Origin: a virus
Virus record (IMG/VR): IMGVR_UViG_3300032268_000986
Span: 46,259 to 110,258 of that record
Direction: 5' to 3' (one strand)
Length of the DNA: 64,000 nt
In this document: positions 20,193 to 29,645 of the stretch, piece by piece
How the letters are laid out: every line of letters begins with the position of its first letter
Numbering within the stretch: the first letter of the stretch is position 1
Translations under genes and position numbers: made by a program
Notes under the pieces: generated by a model
Seen by the model: the letters and a program-made list of their open reading frames with translations, nothing else
Databases searched by the model: none
What the model was told of the DNA's origin: nothing

Positions 20193-23100
20193 GTTTGATA
20201 TATTTTATATTGGTAAGAAACCAAATCTATTTGCGCACGAACAAGCTGTGGACAGTATTCAGCAGGCACAGCAACTGAGTCGCACACGTTTCTTCTGGAT
20301 AGTCAACTACTTAGCGGTGCTGGATCACTGGGACTTTCTTTGGGAGCCTGCACCATGGCAAGCGCATCAACGACATGCCTGGCCTGATCAACATCAGCCT
20401 GATTCAGGAGTGTATCTGGTGCCCCGCACCTGGGACGGTCAGGAAACCAATTATCATGTTCATCCCCGGGTGTGCCATCGCACAGATCCAGAGTTCTGGC
20501 ATGTACCAGACTGGATTGATCCTGCCAGCATTGACCAGACCTGGAGTCCAGATTCTGGCGCACCACCTTATATCTATGAGTTTCCCGTGGAATGGGGCTG
20601 GGACAGAGTGGGAGGTCCACAGTATTGCATGCCCGGTGCTACCAACATCAAGTACATGGACAACTTTGTTGCTCGCACACAGCACACAGCTCTGCCCTGG
20701 TATCAACACTGTGCAGTAGAGTGGACTGATGATGTGCAGCGTTGGAGACCCAATCCTGCAGATCCTCCCTACAACTATGTGTTTGGTAACCAATGGTATT
20801 CAGCTGAAGTCATGCCCACTGTGGAGTACCGCATGCCCGGTGCAGTGAGCAAAAAGTACATGGATCTTCAAGTACGACTGCCCGAACATCATGACAATCG
20901 CTGGCACACTCTGTATGACTGTGAATGGGACTACAGCTGGGTTCCTGATCCCGGTGACCCGCCTTACATCTATGTGTGGGGCAACCAGTGGTGGAGTGCT
21001 GAAATCATGCCCACTGTGGAGTATCATGTGCCCGGCGCCACTGAACGCAAGTACATGACCTGGCCAGCCCGGCTATGCAAAGATCGCACCAACTGGCAAG
21101 TGCCCAACGGGGTTGACATCAACAGCATAGACTTTAGCTGGCAGCCTGATCCCGGTGACCCGCCTTACATATATGAGTTTGCTACTCAGTGGCAACCCAC
21201 AGGCGGTGCTAGATATGTAGTACCCGGCGCCACTGAAGTCAAATATGTGGACATACAGCATCAACGACTGAGTGATCGCACCAACTGGCAGGTGCCCAAC
21301 GGGGTTGACATCAACAGCATAGACTTTTCCTGGCACCCAGATGTCACTGAGCAACCTTATATCTATGAGTTTGCTACTCAGTGGCAGTCCAACGGTGGCG
21401 CACAATACACAGTGCCCGGTGCAACTGAACGCAAGTATGTGGACATACAACACCGCAGGCTGGCTGATAGCACCAATTGGACTATTCCAGATTTTGTTGA
21501 TGTTGACAGCATAGACTTTAGCTGGCACCCGGATGCTACAGAGCAACCCTATATCTATGAGTTTGCTACACAGTGGCAACCCACGGGTGGTGCTAGATAT
21601 CATGTGCCGGGTGCGACTGAGCACAAGTATGTGGACATAGAACATCGTAGGCTGGCTGATAGCACCAATTGGACAATCCCAGATCTAGTTGATGCCAACA
21701 GCGTGGACACATCCTGGCATCCCGGCAATACAGAACAGCCCTATATCTATGAGTTTGCTACACAGTGGCAACCCACGGGTGGTGCTGTGTACACAGTACC
21801 AGGCGCAACAGAACGCAAGTATGTAGACATACAGCATCGTAGACTACCTGACAAAACTGCGTGGACACTGTTGGAGGCTGTTGCTAGTTTTGATTACTCA
21901 TGGCATCCGGACAACACTGAACCGCCTTACAACTATGTGTTTGGCAATCAGCACTGGCCGGCTACAGAAATGCCTACCACGGTGTACAAAATGCCAGACG
22001 CTGTGTCGGACAAGTTTGTGGATGTACTGGTTGCACGCCTGTGGGGTTGCATGGGCAACTGGGAGTTGTGTGAAGATATCGATGATGCCGCATGGGACTG
22101 GTCCTGGGTACCCAATCCCAAGGATCCACCTTACATCTATGTGTTTGGTAATCAATGGAATCCGCCTGAATTTAAAGCCAGTGTCAAATATCATGTGCCA
22201 GGTGCAACCGAAGTCAAATACATGGATCGTCGCACAACAAGATTGCCTCAACCGCAGTTGTTTGCACACAACATTGCTGTGAGCAAGTTTGATTACTCGT
22301 GGGAACCAAATCCATTTGATCCACCGATGACGTATGTGTTTGGCAATCAATGGAACTCGGCTGTGCTAGAACCCACTGTGGTATACAATGCCGGAGGCAC
22401 CGAAATCAAGTATGTGGATGACATCATTGCCACTGTGGCACAAGATGTCACTGCGTGGGAACTGCTAGACGATATTGAACAGTTTGATTACTCGTGGCGG
22501 CCCAATCCCAAGGATCCACCATATATCTATGTGTTTGGTAATCAATGGCTGCGCCCTGAACAACGTCCTGCTCTGAAATATCATGTCGCTGGTGCAACTG
22601 AAATCAAATACATGGATCACCCACAAGCTCGCCGCAGAGGTGATCACACAAGATTTCATCAGCACTGTGCTGTGGAGTTTGATTGGAGTTGGGAACCTGA
22701 TCCAGGTGCGCCGGTCTACAACTATGTGTTTGGTAATCAGTGGCATTCGGCTGAGATCATGCCCACAGTTGAATATCGCATGCCCGGTGCCACCGAACGC
22801 AAATACATGCATGAGCCAACAGCCAAGTTACCTGAGAACCCTAACCGACCTTGGTACAATGTAGTTGAAAGCGACATGGATTATTCTTGGGTACCTGACC
22901 CAGGAGACCCTCCATACATTTATGTGTTTGGTAATCAATGGCATGCTGCCGAAGTAATGCCCACTGTGGAGTATCGCATGCCCGGTGCCACCGAACGCAA
23001 ATACATGGACTCACCAGTTGCTGAATTGTCGGCGGACATGACACACTGGTATGTGCCCGAACATGTTGATGTAACTGACATGGACTTTAGTTGGCAGCCT

Positions 23101-24561
23101 GATCCAGGCGAACCAGCCTACATCTATCAGTTTGCCACACAGCACCAAAAGACTGGTGGACCACAATATCGCATGCCCGGTGCCACAGAGTTCAAGTACG
23201 TGGACATAATGCGAGCCGAAGTTAAACGGGAAGCTGTGCCCATCTTTGAAATTGATCACTTGGATGGTGCAGCCGGACAGATTCCAGACACAGTTCGACG
23301 AGTACGTTATTTTGACAACTACAGAGATACACTGATACGCTTGGCCAAGAGTCTTGTGGGAGAGTATGAGCATGTGTGGGTGTGTAGCAGCATCTGCGAC
23401 TACACCAACTTTGACTTCTCATGGCATCCCGAAACATGGCAGAGCACAATGTTGCATGTGTTTGCCAGTGATGAACAAAAGTTTGGAGACACATTCTACA
23501 TGCATGTTCCGACCTTTGCCAACCGTGCAGAAAAGAAACAGTTGTTGGAATGGTACAGTGTGAACTATGTACGTGGTCGATCAGTCCCTCGACGTCCTAT
23601 ACCAGTAATATGTCATGCACAAGACACGCATGTCAATGCAGTGATCAACAGTGATTTTGCAGGCCCTCTAGCACTGTTTACTACAGATACTGCAACAGTT
23701 GTGCCAACCGCAACGGTTGCTTTATGGAGAGCCGATACCAAGGCAATTACTCCTCTAACCAAGGGCGCAGTATCAGTGGTGGTGCCAAAGATAGCAGTAC
23801 CAAGCATCTGCACACAGTTATATGATTATTCCAACATTGACAAGTCAAAGATGACTCATCCAGGCCGGCCACATGATGTTATTTTTATCAGCAACGGGGA
23901 AAGCATGGCCGATGAGAATTGGCACCATCTCAAGTCAATGTGCAGTCGAGCCAAACGCAGTGACGGGGTAACCGGCCGAGAACGAGCATACAAAGCCGCA
24001 GCCACCATGAGTGAAACTCCATGGTTTTTTGCTGTGTTTGCCAAGACAGAAGTTCTGCCCAGTTTCAAGTTTGATTTTCAAGCTGACTTGATGCAGCAGC
24101 CCAAACATTATATTTTCCACAGTCGCAATCCCTTGAATGGTCTTGAGTATGGTGCCATGAACATTAACTTGTACAACCGGCAGTTGGTGCTAGACACCAA
24201 GCCGGGAATTGACTTTACTTTAAGTGCTGCTCACGACGTGGTGCCAATCTGTGCCAGTGTCAGTCGGTTCAATACCGACCCCTGGGTTACTTGGCGCAGT
24301 GCATTTAGAGAAGTATTAAAACTCAAACAAGAAGTTGACCAAGGCGCGGATGTGGAGATTCAGTACCGACTCAAAGTTTGGACCACAGTGGCTGTTGGAG
24401 AGAATGCCGATTGGTGTTTGCGTGGGAGCGAAGATGCATTGGAATATTATGCATCAGTCCTGGGTGACTACAACAAGTTGATGTTGAGTTTTGACTGGGC
24501 CTGGTTGCAAGAATACTACTACTCTAAATACCAGACTCAGCCTTGGTTAGAATCTGCCTAG
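20191..24561 (+). CDS. giant repeat protein (1456 aa): ~14 tandem ~64-aa repeats plus C-terminal degenerate GT-A-like domain
   Basis: repeat consensus W.PDxxDPPYIYVFGNQWxxAExMPTVEYRMPGATERKYMD; C-terminal region paralogous to 1293-2255 product. Confidence 0.75.
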   Translation: MFDIFYIGKKPNLFAHEQAVDSIQQAQQLSRTRFFWIVNYLAVLDHWDFLWEPAPWQAHQRHAWPDQHQPDSGVYLVPRTWDGQETNYHVHPRVCHRTDPEFWHVPDWIDPASIDQTWSPDSGAPPYIYEFPVEWGWDRVGGPQYCMPGATNIKYMDNFVARTQHTALPWYQHCAVEWTDDVQRWRPNPADPPYNYVFGNQWYSAEVMPTVEYRMPGAVSKKYMDLQVRLPEHHDNRWHTLYDCEWDYSWVPDPGDPPYIYVWGNQWWSAEIMPTVEYHVPGATERKYMTWPARLCKDRTNWQVPNGVDINSIDFSWQPDPGDPPYIYEFATQWQPTGGARYVVPGATEVKYVDIQHQRLSDRTNWQVPNGVDINSIDFSWHPDVTEQPYIYEFATQWQSNGGAQYTVPGATERKYVDIQHRRLADSTNWTIPDFVDVDSIDFSWHPDATEQPYIYEFATQWQPTGGARYHVPGATEHKYVDIEHRRLADSTNWTIPDLVDANSVDTSWHPGNTEQPYIYEFATQWQPTGGAVYTVPGATERKYVDIQHRRLPDKTAWTLLEAVASFDYSWHPDNTEPPYNYVFGNQHWPATEMPTTVYKMPDAVSDKFVDVLVARLWGCMGNWELCEDIDDAAWDWSWVPNPKDPPYIYVFGNQWNPPEFKASVKYHVPGATEVKYMDRRTTRLPQPQLFAHNIAVSKFDYSWEPNPFDPPMTYVFGNQWNSAVLEPTVVYNAGGTEIKYVDDIIATVAQDVTAWELLDDIEQFDYSWRPNPKDPPYIYVFGNQWLRPEQRPALKYHVAGATEIKYMDHPQARRRGDHTRFHQHCAVEFDWSWEPDPGAPVYNYVFGNQWHSAEIMPTVEYRMPGATERKYMHEPTAKLPENPNRPWYNVVESDMDYSWVPDPGDPPYIYVFGNQWHAAEVMPTVEYRMPGATERKYMDSPVAELSADMTHWYVPEHVDVTDMDFSWQPDPGEPAYIYQFATQHQKTGGPQYRMPGATEFKYVDIMRAEVKREAVPIFEIDHLDGAAGQIPDTVRRVRYFDNYRDTLIRLAKSLVGEYEHVWVCSSICDYTNFDFSWHPETWQSTMLHVFASDEQKFGDTFYMHVPTFANRAEKKQLLEWYSVNYVRGRSVPRRPIPVICHAQDTHVNAVINSDFAGPLALFTTDTATVVPTATVALWRADTKAITPLTKGAVSVVVPKIAVPSICTQLYDYSNIDKSKMTHPGRPHDVIFISNGESMADENWHHLKSMCSRAKRSDGVTGRERAYKAAATMSETPWFFAVFAKTEVLPSFKFDFQADLMQQPKHYIFHSRNPLNGLEYGAMNINLYNRQLVLDTKPGIDFTLSAAHDVVPICASVSRFNTDPWVTWRSAFREVLKLKQEVDQGADVEIQYRLKVWTTVAVGENADWCLRGSEDALEYYASVLGDYNKLMLSFDWAWLQEYYYSKYQTQPWLESA
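20560..23220 (+). repeat. in-frame tandem coding repeats (period ~192 bp); four near-identical copies at ~21069-21836
   Basis: agactgagtgatcgcaccaactggca(a/g)gtgcccaacggggttgacatcaacagcatagacttt recurs at 21069/21261; diverged copies through 23.2 kb. Confidence 0.8.
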
Positions 24562-25509
24562 GTAAGGCTGTTTCAAGAACCAGTCTAGGTATGTTGGTAT
24601 ACCTTGTTCAATGTCAGTAACAGGGTTCCAGTCAGTGACTTGTTTCAACAAGTTGCTGTCCAGGGTATCTCGACTGGGGTAAAAATTGTCGTGTGGAGCC
24701 AGTATGATTTCAGCAGGTATAATAGACCTAACAATTTCAGCAGCCTCGATGATCTTTCTTCCATTGCCACGTGTGCAGTTGAATATTGAGTTTTCACATG
24801 CCTGATGTGTAGCAGCTTGAAAAAATGCTGACGCCACATCTTCGACCCAGCTGAAGTCAAGTCGGTTATCGGGACCATTGACATGAATTTTTCCAGTCTT
24901 GAGTGCATCCACAGCCATCTTGCTGATTACTCTAACCACCATGTCTCGGATGCCGTACAATGCACTGGGTCGCAGGATCACATATTCAAGCCCATGCTCT
25001 TTGTGCCAAATCTTGCACATTTGTTCGCATTGTAGTTTGTAGCTGCCATACAGTGTTAGAGGATTACACACAGCAGTTTCATCGGGAATCTTGCCGCCAA
25101 ACTCTCCGTATACCATGCTGGAACTGGCCAGCACAAACCGCCGAACCTGATGCTGAGCACACAGATCAAGTGCAATGGCAGTGGCAGTGATCATGTTGTT
25201 GGTGGCATCCACTAGATTCTTCTTGACCATTTTTGCGTTTGGATACGTGGCCAAATCAATCACAACTTCGGGCTTGACGGAGTCAAATACTGACGCCATG
25301 AACTGTGGGTCTACCACATTTCCTTGAAAATGCTCATGAACACCCATGTGCTCTAGTCTTTGTTCTATCACTGGCTGATATTCCCAGTCCTGATATTCAC
25401 CGTAACGGTGATGGCAATCTACTGTGAACACCTGATGTCCGGCCCCACTGAGTTGACGCACAGTGTTATGGCCAATAAATCCATGGCCTCCTAAAATTAA
25501 AATCTTCAT
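24547..25509 (-). CDS. NAD-dependent sugar epimerase/dehydratase (extended SDR)
   Basis: MKILILGGHGFIGHN Rossmann motif; YGSYK catalytic motif. Confidence 0.8.
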   Translation of the reverse strand: MKILILGGHGFIGHNTVRQLSGAGHQVFTVDCHHRYGEYQDWEYQPVIEQRLEHMGVHEHFQGNVVDPQFMASVFDSVKPEVVIDLATYPNAKMVKKNLVDATNNMITATAIALDLCAQHQVRRFVLASSSMVYGEFGGKIPDETAVCNPLTLYGSYKLQCEQMCKIWHKEHGLEYVILRPSALYGIRDMVVRVISKMAVDALKTGKIHVNGPDNRLDFSWVEDVASAFFQAATHQACENSIFNCTRGNGRKIIEAAEIVRSIIPAEIILAPHDNFYPSRDTLDSNLLKQVTDWNPVTDIEQGIPTYLDWFLKQPYLGRF

Positions 25510-26549
25510 GTCAATGCCTTTGCAATAGTTTCAACTTCACTGTCGGTCAGTGTGTGTTGGTTGGGAACAGTAAATGAAATGTCTCTCAGATACTGACTGT
25601 TAGTCAAGCTGTTGTTGGATGTGTATATAGTTTCGTCAGCAACCAACAAGTTATAATGTACTGGACAATCAATGCCACGATTTTTAAAATGTTTGACCAC
25701 ATGATCTCTATCTTTGGCCTGAAATACCAATTTACTAAATGTGTTTTGATCTAGACCAAAATCGTTGGCACAAGCATGCCTGCTGTGATCACGCAGGTAT
25801 TGTGCTATCTGGGTTCTTCTTTGAAGCCACCGCGGCGCATACTTTAGTCCAGTGAGCACTGCTGCAACCTCAAAGCTACTCATCATGCTGTTGAGTCCTG
25901 GTCCCATGGACATCTGACTATTTTTGAGTTTACCATGCAGTCTAAGTGTACGACATCGGTTGGCCAAGTAGTCACTGTCAGTCAACACAGCACCTCCACT
26001 GCCCCAACTACTGACAGTTTTACTTGGACTAAAACTCAAACAACTCAACATGCCGTGTTGTGCCGAGTACTTGCCTTGTGAGATACTTTCAAGACTTTGA
26101 GCAGCATCCACAATAACCGGCACCCCCAGTTCTTGCAGTTTCTGGTGAGAAGACATGTTACCAAACAAGTCGACTGCAACCACTGCTGCCGAAGACTTTG
26201 GAATGCCGGCAGCATCTATGCAATAAGTCGAATCAACATCCACAGCAACTACTTCATGGCCAGCACGTTTGATTGCATGTGCGCTGGCAGTAAATGTATA
26301 ATTGCTCACAGCAATGTTTGAACCCCTGGGAAGCTCTATGGCCTGAATGGCAATATCCAAGGCGTCGGTGCCACAGCCTGTGGTGATACAATGTTTTCTA
26401 CCAAGGTGCTGAGCCAGCTGTTGTTCCAACGTCTCGGTCAATGGCCCGTTTTGTGCATACCCCTGAGCATGCATACTGTTGGCCAATTCAGTTATTTCGT
26501 TACCTATGCTGCTCCAAATTCGATCGTTTTGAAATAGCTTAATTGACAT
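25506..26549 (-). CDS. DegT/DnrJ/EryC1/StrS-family PLP-dependent sugar aminotransferase
   Basis: TTGCGTDALDIAI and SFSPSK lysine motif; ORF open to 26579. Confidence 0.8.
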   Translation of the reverse strand: MSIKLFQNDRIWSSIGNEITELANSMHAQGYAQNGPLTETLEQQLAQHLGRKHCITTGCGTDALDIAIQAIELPRGSNIAVSNYTFTASAHAIKRAGHEVVAVDVDSTYCIDAAGIPKSSAAVVAVDLFGNMSSHQKLQELGVPVIVDAAQSLESISQGKYSAQHGMLSCLSFSPSKTVSSWGSGGAVLTDSDYLANRCRTLRLHGKLKNSQMSMGPGLNSMMSSFEVAAVLTGLKYAPRWLQRRTQIAQYLRDHSRHACANDFGLDQNTFSKLVFQAKDRDHVVKHFKNRGIDCPVHYNLLVADETIYTSNNSLTNSQYLRDISFTVPNQHTLTDSEVETIAKALT

Positions 26550-27171
26550 TTTTTTGAACAATGGTAAAAGCTTCGGCAAGTTCAGATCCAGACCTCAAAC
26601 CGTTGTAGTGGTTGCACAGACGAATATCGGCAACTTGTGAGGCTGACAACGCACTGGGGTAACATTCCAAAAGGCGTTGTTTGAATAGCCAAGGCTCGCC
26701 ACTGATGTTATAGAACAGGTTGGCAGTGTTCTCTTTGTATCGCAAAGAATACGGATAGCTATCCATTAACCATATTTCCTTGGCCATTTTGGCCAGTACC
26801 GGATACACAAGATGGTAAGTGGCACGATGATCCTGATGACTGTCTTGTGGGTTGGGAATAATTGCAATATCGCACGGCTCAAGCAACTTGCTGATCCTGG
26901 TCATTGTGATATTATCTGCTATCAAGCAGGGTCTCAAATTTGGATGCAAATCAGTGTCAAACATTCTTAACTCAAACCCGCTTGACCGGTAACTATTTTC
27001 AAGTTCAGCCCGCACAATGGATTGAGTTCGATTGGGATTGGCCTCGCCGCTGGGCTTGACAGTGACCACTGACACGATGGAATAACCTTGATCTTGCAGA
27101 CGTTTCAATGTGCCCGAACATGAAATCTCTAGGTCATCAGGGTGTGCAGATACTACCAATACTTTCTTCAT
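26539..27171 (-). CDS. LmbE/PIG-L family N-acetylglucosaminyl deacetylase-like
   Basis: MKKVLVVSAHPDDLEI signature. Confidence 0.7.
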   Translation of the reverse strand: MKKVLVVSAHPDDLEISCSGTLKRLQDQGYSIVSVVTVKPSGEANPNRTQSIVRAELENSYRSSGFELRMFDTDLHPNLRPCLIADNITMTRISKLLEPCDIAIIPNPQDSHQDHRATYHLVYPVLAKMAKEIWLMDSYPYSLRYKENTANLFYNISGEPWLFKQRLLECYPSALSASQVADIRLCNHYNGLRSGSELAEAFTIVQKNVN

Positions 27172-27446
27172 TTGTTACCCCATTTCATTTGATACCATAC
27201 GTATACTTGTTCATCCATCACAGTGAAGTCACCGGCTCTGCTGTAATCCCAATACCGTCCGTTTTTGTATATTCCTGCATGCCCAAAACTTTTGAGCAGC
27301 CAATTCTCTGCTGCCATTCCAGGCCAGCCTTTGAATTTGTACAACGTCATGGGCACAAACTTCTCACCGTCCCATACTTGTTTCCGCACAGGAGGCGGTA
27401 GTGTGACTTCTGCATCCGCATATTCTATTTGTTGAGTCCACCCCAT
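27168..27446 (-). CDS. hypothetical protein (92 aa)
   Basis: ORF in same-strand operon. Confidence 0.4.
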   Translation of the reverse strand: MGWTQQIEYADAEVTLPPPVRKQVWDGEKFVPMTLYKFKGWPGMAAENWLLKSFGHAGIYKNGRYWDYSRAGDFTVMDEQVYVWYQMKWGNK

Positions 27447-27775
27447 TTGAGCCTCCAGAATGTTTCGTGTTGTTCGCTGACACGAGCCATGATACGATAC
27501 ACATGTCCATAACTGTAAGGGTCAACTGCACGAATCCAATAAGGTTTTTCCACAGCATGTTCCATCACAAACTTACCAGCATCGGTTTGCTGCCAGTCCC
27601 AGATTGGACTGGCTATCATCAGATCAGGATCTTCAACATCGCCCATGCGGATTTCCAGCACACATACATCGCGAAAACACACTGGTCGATCATCGATGAG
27701 TTTTACTTCTTCGGCCTGCCAGTGCGTATATTCGGCTAGTTCGTTATGTGTCATTGCCATAACATATTTTAGCAA
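27425..27775 (-). CDS. hypothetical protein (116 aa)
   Basis: ORF. Confidence 0.45.
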   Translation of the reverse strand: MLKYVMAMTHNELAEYTHWQAEEVKLIDDRPVCFRDVCVLEIRMGDVEDPDLMIASPIWDWQQTDAGKFVMEHAVEKPYWIRAVDPYSYGHVYRIMARVSEQHETFWRLKWGGLNK

Positions 27776-27796
27776 ATTATTTTATCAAGGTCAAAT

Positions 27797-28771
27797 TCAT
27801 TGGAGAAATCTTAGCTGATTTATTTTTTTGAGAATTGCGGCGGTGTAAAATTCATGAGTTTTTGGTCCAGGGTGCTGTTGATCATGGGCTATGTCTGGCC
27901 ATGGTTGATCTTGGTCTCTTCCCCATAACTGATACAGCATGAGATAATCCACATCGGTATCTTTTATATAATTGAACAAAGTACCATCATCTAACATTGA
28001 TACTAGCAGTAGTTTTGCCTTGATTTTCTTGCAGTAGTTGATCACTTGAAACATAGACACCACGGATCTATATTTCACATCTTCGCTGATAAAATAATCA
28101 AAATCAAGTTCGTGACCGGGTGTTTGTTTTGTGTATGTCGATGCTCTGACGTTGGATAATTTGCCGTTGTAAAAATGTGGAATTCTTGGCAAGGTAGTAA
28201 CTCCCCAAACCACTAGATCATTTTCACGTATGTCTGATCTTAGAATTTGATCAGCTGCCCATACCACTGAGCTGCCGGGTGTAGTTAAAAAACTCACTGG
28301 CAAATTCAATTGATTGGACAATAGATGACCATAGCGTTGATCTAGTTCAACACCGGTGCCATGACTGAAACTACATCCTGCTATCCACAGTTGTTGATCA
28401 TTGGTTTTTCTTGTGTCCACTAGCTGTAACATTTCCGGCTTGTCGTCGGGAGACTCAACAGCAAAGTTTTCAACTTGAGTATAAAAGCTGAAAACTGACA
28501 AATAGTCTTCAAGCCAGGTTTTCATAATGCTCTTGCCGTTTTTGCTGTCACTCCACTGATTGTCAGGCGGCGGCGAATACACAACACAATCAGCACTGCG
28601 CAAAACCGTGGCCAAGTGTGTTATATCACCCAGGTCTCCCAGACTGGTATAGTATGTGCCTGGTGCTAGATCTTTGTAATTTTGCTGGGTGATTAATTGC
28701 GAGTCTGGATCAGCTGCCCGGACCTGTTGGCTCAAGTACTCAGACACATCACCGAGGTATACTGTGATCAT
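27797..28771 (-). CDS. hypothetical protein with C-terminal SGNH-like domain (AGCSFSHGTG)
   Basis: WIAGCSFSHGTGVELD...LNLPVSF..PGSS paralogous to 9612-10196. Confidence 0.5.
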   Translation of the reverse strand: MITVYLGDVSEYLSQQVRAADPDSQLITQQNYKDLAPGTYYTSLGDLGDITHLATVLRSADCVVYSPPPDNQWSDSKNGKSIMKTWLEDYLSVFSFYTQVENFAVESPDDKPEMLQLVDTRKTNDQQLWIAGCSFSHGTGVELDQRYGHLLSNQLNLPVSFLTTPGSSVVWAADQILRSDIRENDLVVWGVTTLPRIPHFYNGKLSNVRASTYTKQTPGHELDFDYFISEDVKYRSVVSMFQVINYCKKIKAKLLLVSMLDDGTLFNYIKDTDVDYLMLYQLWGRDQDQPWPDIAHDQQHPGPKTHEFYTAAILKKINQLRFLQ

Positions 28772-29457
28772 TGGCCGGCTATTGAGGATGCCAAGGGAAA
28801 AATTGCCGTAATTGCCCGAGCACAGGCACGAGCAACCTCTTGGTGTTCTTTTTGGGTGCCATTGCTGGCTCGTAATTCAATAAAGTGAATCCATGAACGT
28901 AGAGTACCATTCATGTACATACGGCTCACAGTGAGTCCTTCGGGCAACACAGCACGAGCTTGTTCTTTGGCAATACCGTTGTCAATGGCCCACTTGTACT
29001 CTTTTTTGACAGCATACAACACACGCTTCTGAGCACGTTCCCACTCATATGCCAAGAGCCGTTGTGCCTCGTCTGTCATGTCAAACTCTACGCTGTTCTG
29101 TCGATTCTTGGTGTCCTGGAATCGTGCCTCACGTAGCACAAACGCTTCATCGAGTTCAGCTGTAGGATCAGCATATCGCTGGGAGAACTCTTGAAAGCTG
29201 AAACTTCTGTGACGTAGAATCTGTCGGGCGATGTCACGGGTGGTGACAATTTCGCAACAGGCGGAGACCATTTCCAGTGGGCTCCAGTGTTGGTGTCGCA
29301 CCAGGTACTGTATGAGTCGTTCGCTTGTTTCAGTGTTGAATTGGTTGGCTGGATTGGACACACGGGCGCAGTACGCAATGAGTTCTTGTGCATCTGTGAT
29401 GCCCATGTTTGAGAATTCTGCTGTGGGTTGGCTGTGGGATACAAGGGTAACATTCAT
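28768..29457 (-). CDS. thyX: flavin-dependent thymidylate synthase ThyX
   Basis: ThyX signature RHRSFSFQEFSQRY and overall similarity. Confidence 0.85.
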   Translation of the reverse strand: MNVTLVSHSQPTAEFSNMGITDAQELIAYCARVSNPANQFNTETSERLIQYLVRHQHWSPLEMVSACCEIVTTRDIARQILRHRSFSFQEFSQRYADPTAELDEAFVLREARFQDTKNRQNSVEFDMTDEAQRLLAYEWERAQKRVLYAVKKEYKWAIDNGIAKEQARAVLPEGLTVSRMYMNGTLRSWIHFIELRASNGTQKEHQEVARACARAITAIFPLASSIAGQ

Positions 29458-29645
29458 TGCTGTGCTTGGTAATAGGATAGCTCAGCAGTGGGAACCCATT
29501 CTTCAATGAGTCCACCTGCTTGAGTCATTTTGAGAAACGAATAATCAGTAAAATCAAACTCACTGGATTTTACAATGCTCACCCACTCAACATCAGGTGC
29601 GCCTGGACCACGAACCAACGCTAATTCAGTTGCAGGTGCGGTCAT
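29454..29645 (-). CDS. hypothetical protein (63 aa)
   Basis: ORF, overlapping stop/start with neighbours. Confidence 0.4.
   Translation of the reverse strand: MTAPATELALVRGPGAPDVEWVSIVKSSEFDFTDYSFLKMTQAGGLIEEWVPTAELSYYQAQQ

Noticed and set aside
20560-23220. Tandem repeats as a CRISPR array
   Set aside because: Period ~192 bp, repeats are in-frame coding units with diverged copies, no short conserved direct repeat/spacer structure, no cas genes.
20303-23494. Antisense and alternative-frame ORFs inside the giant repeat gene (e.g. 21073-21645 minus 190 aa, 21898-22350, 22465-22812, 23011-23373)
   Set aside because: Repeat-driven open frames on the opposite strand of a clearly coding repeat array; they mirror the repeat periodicity.
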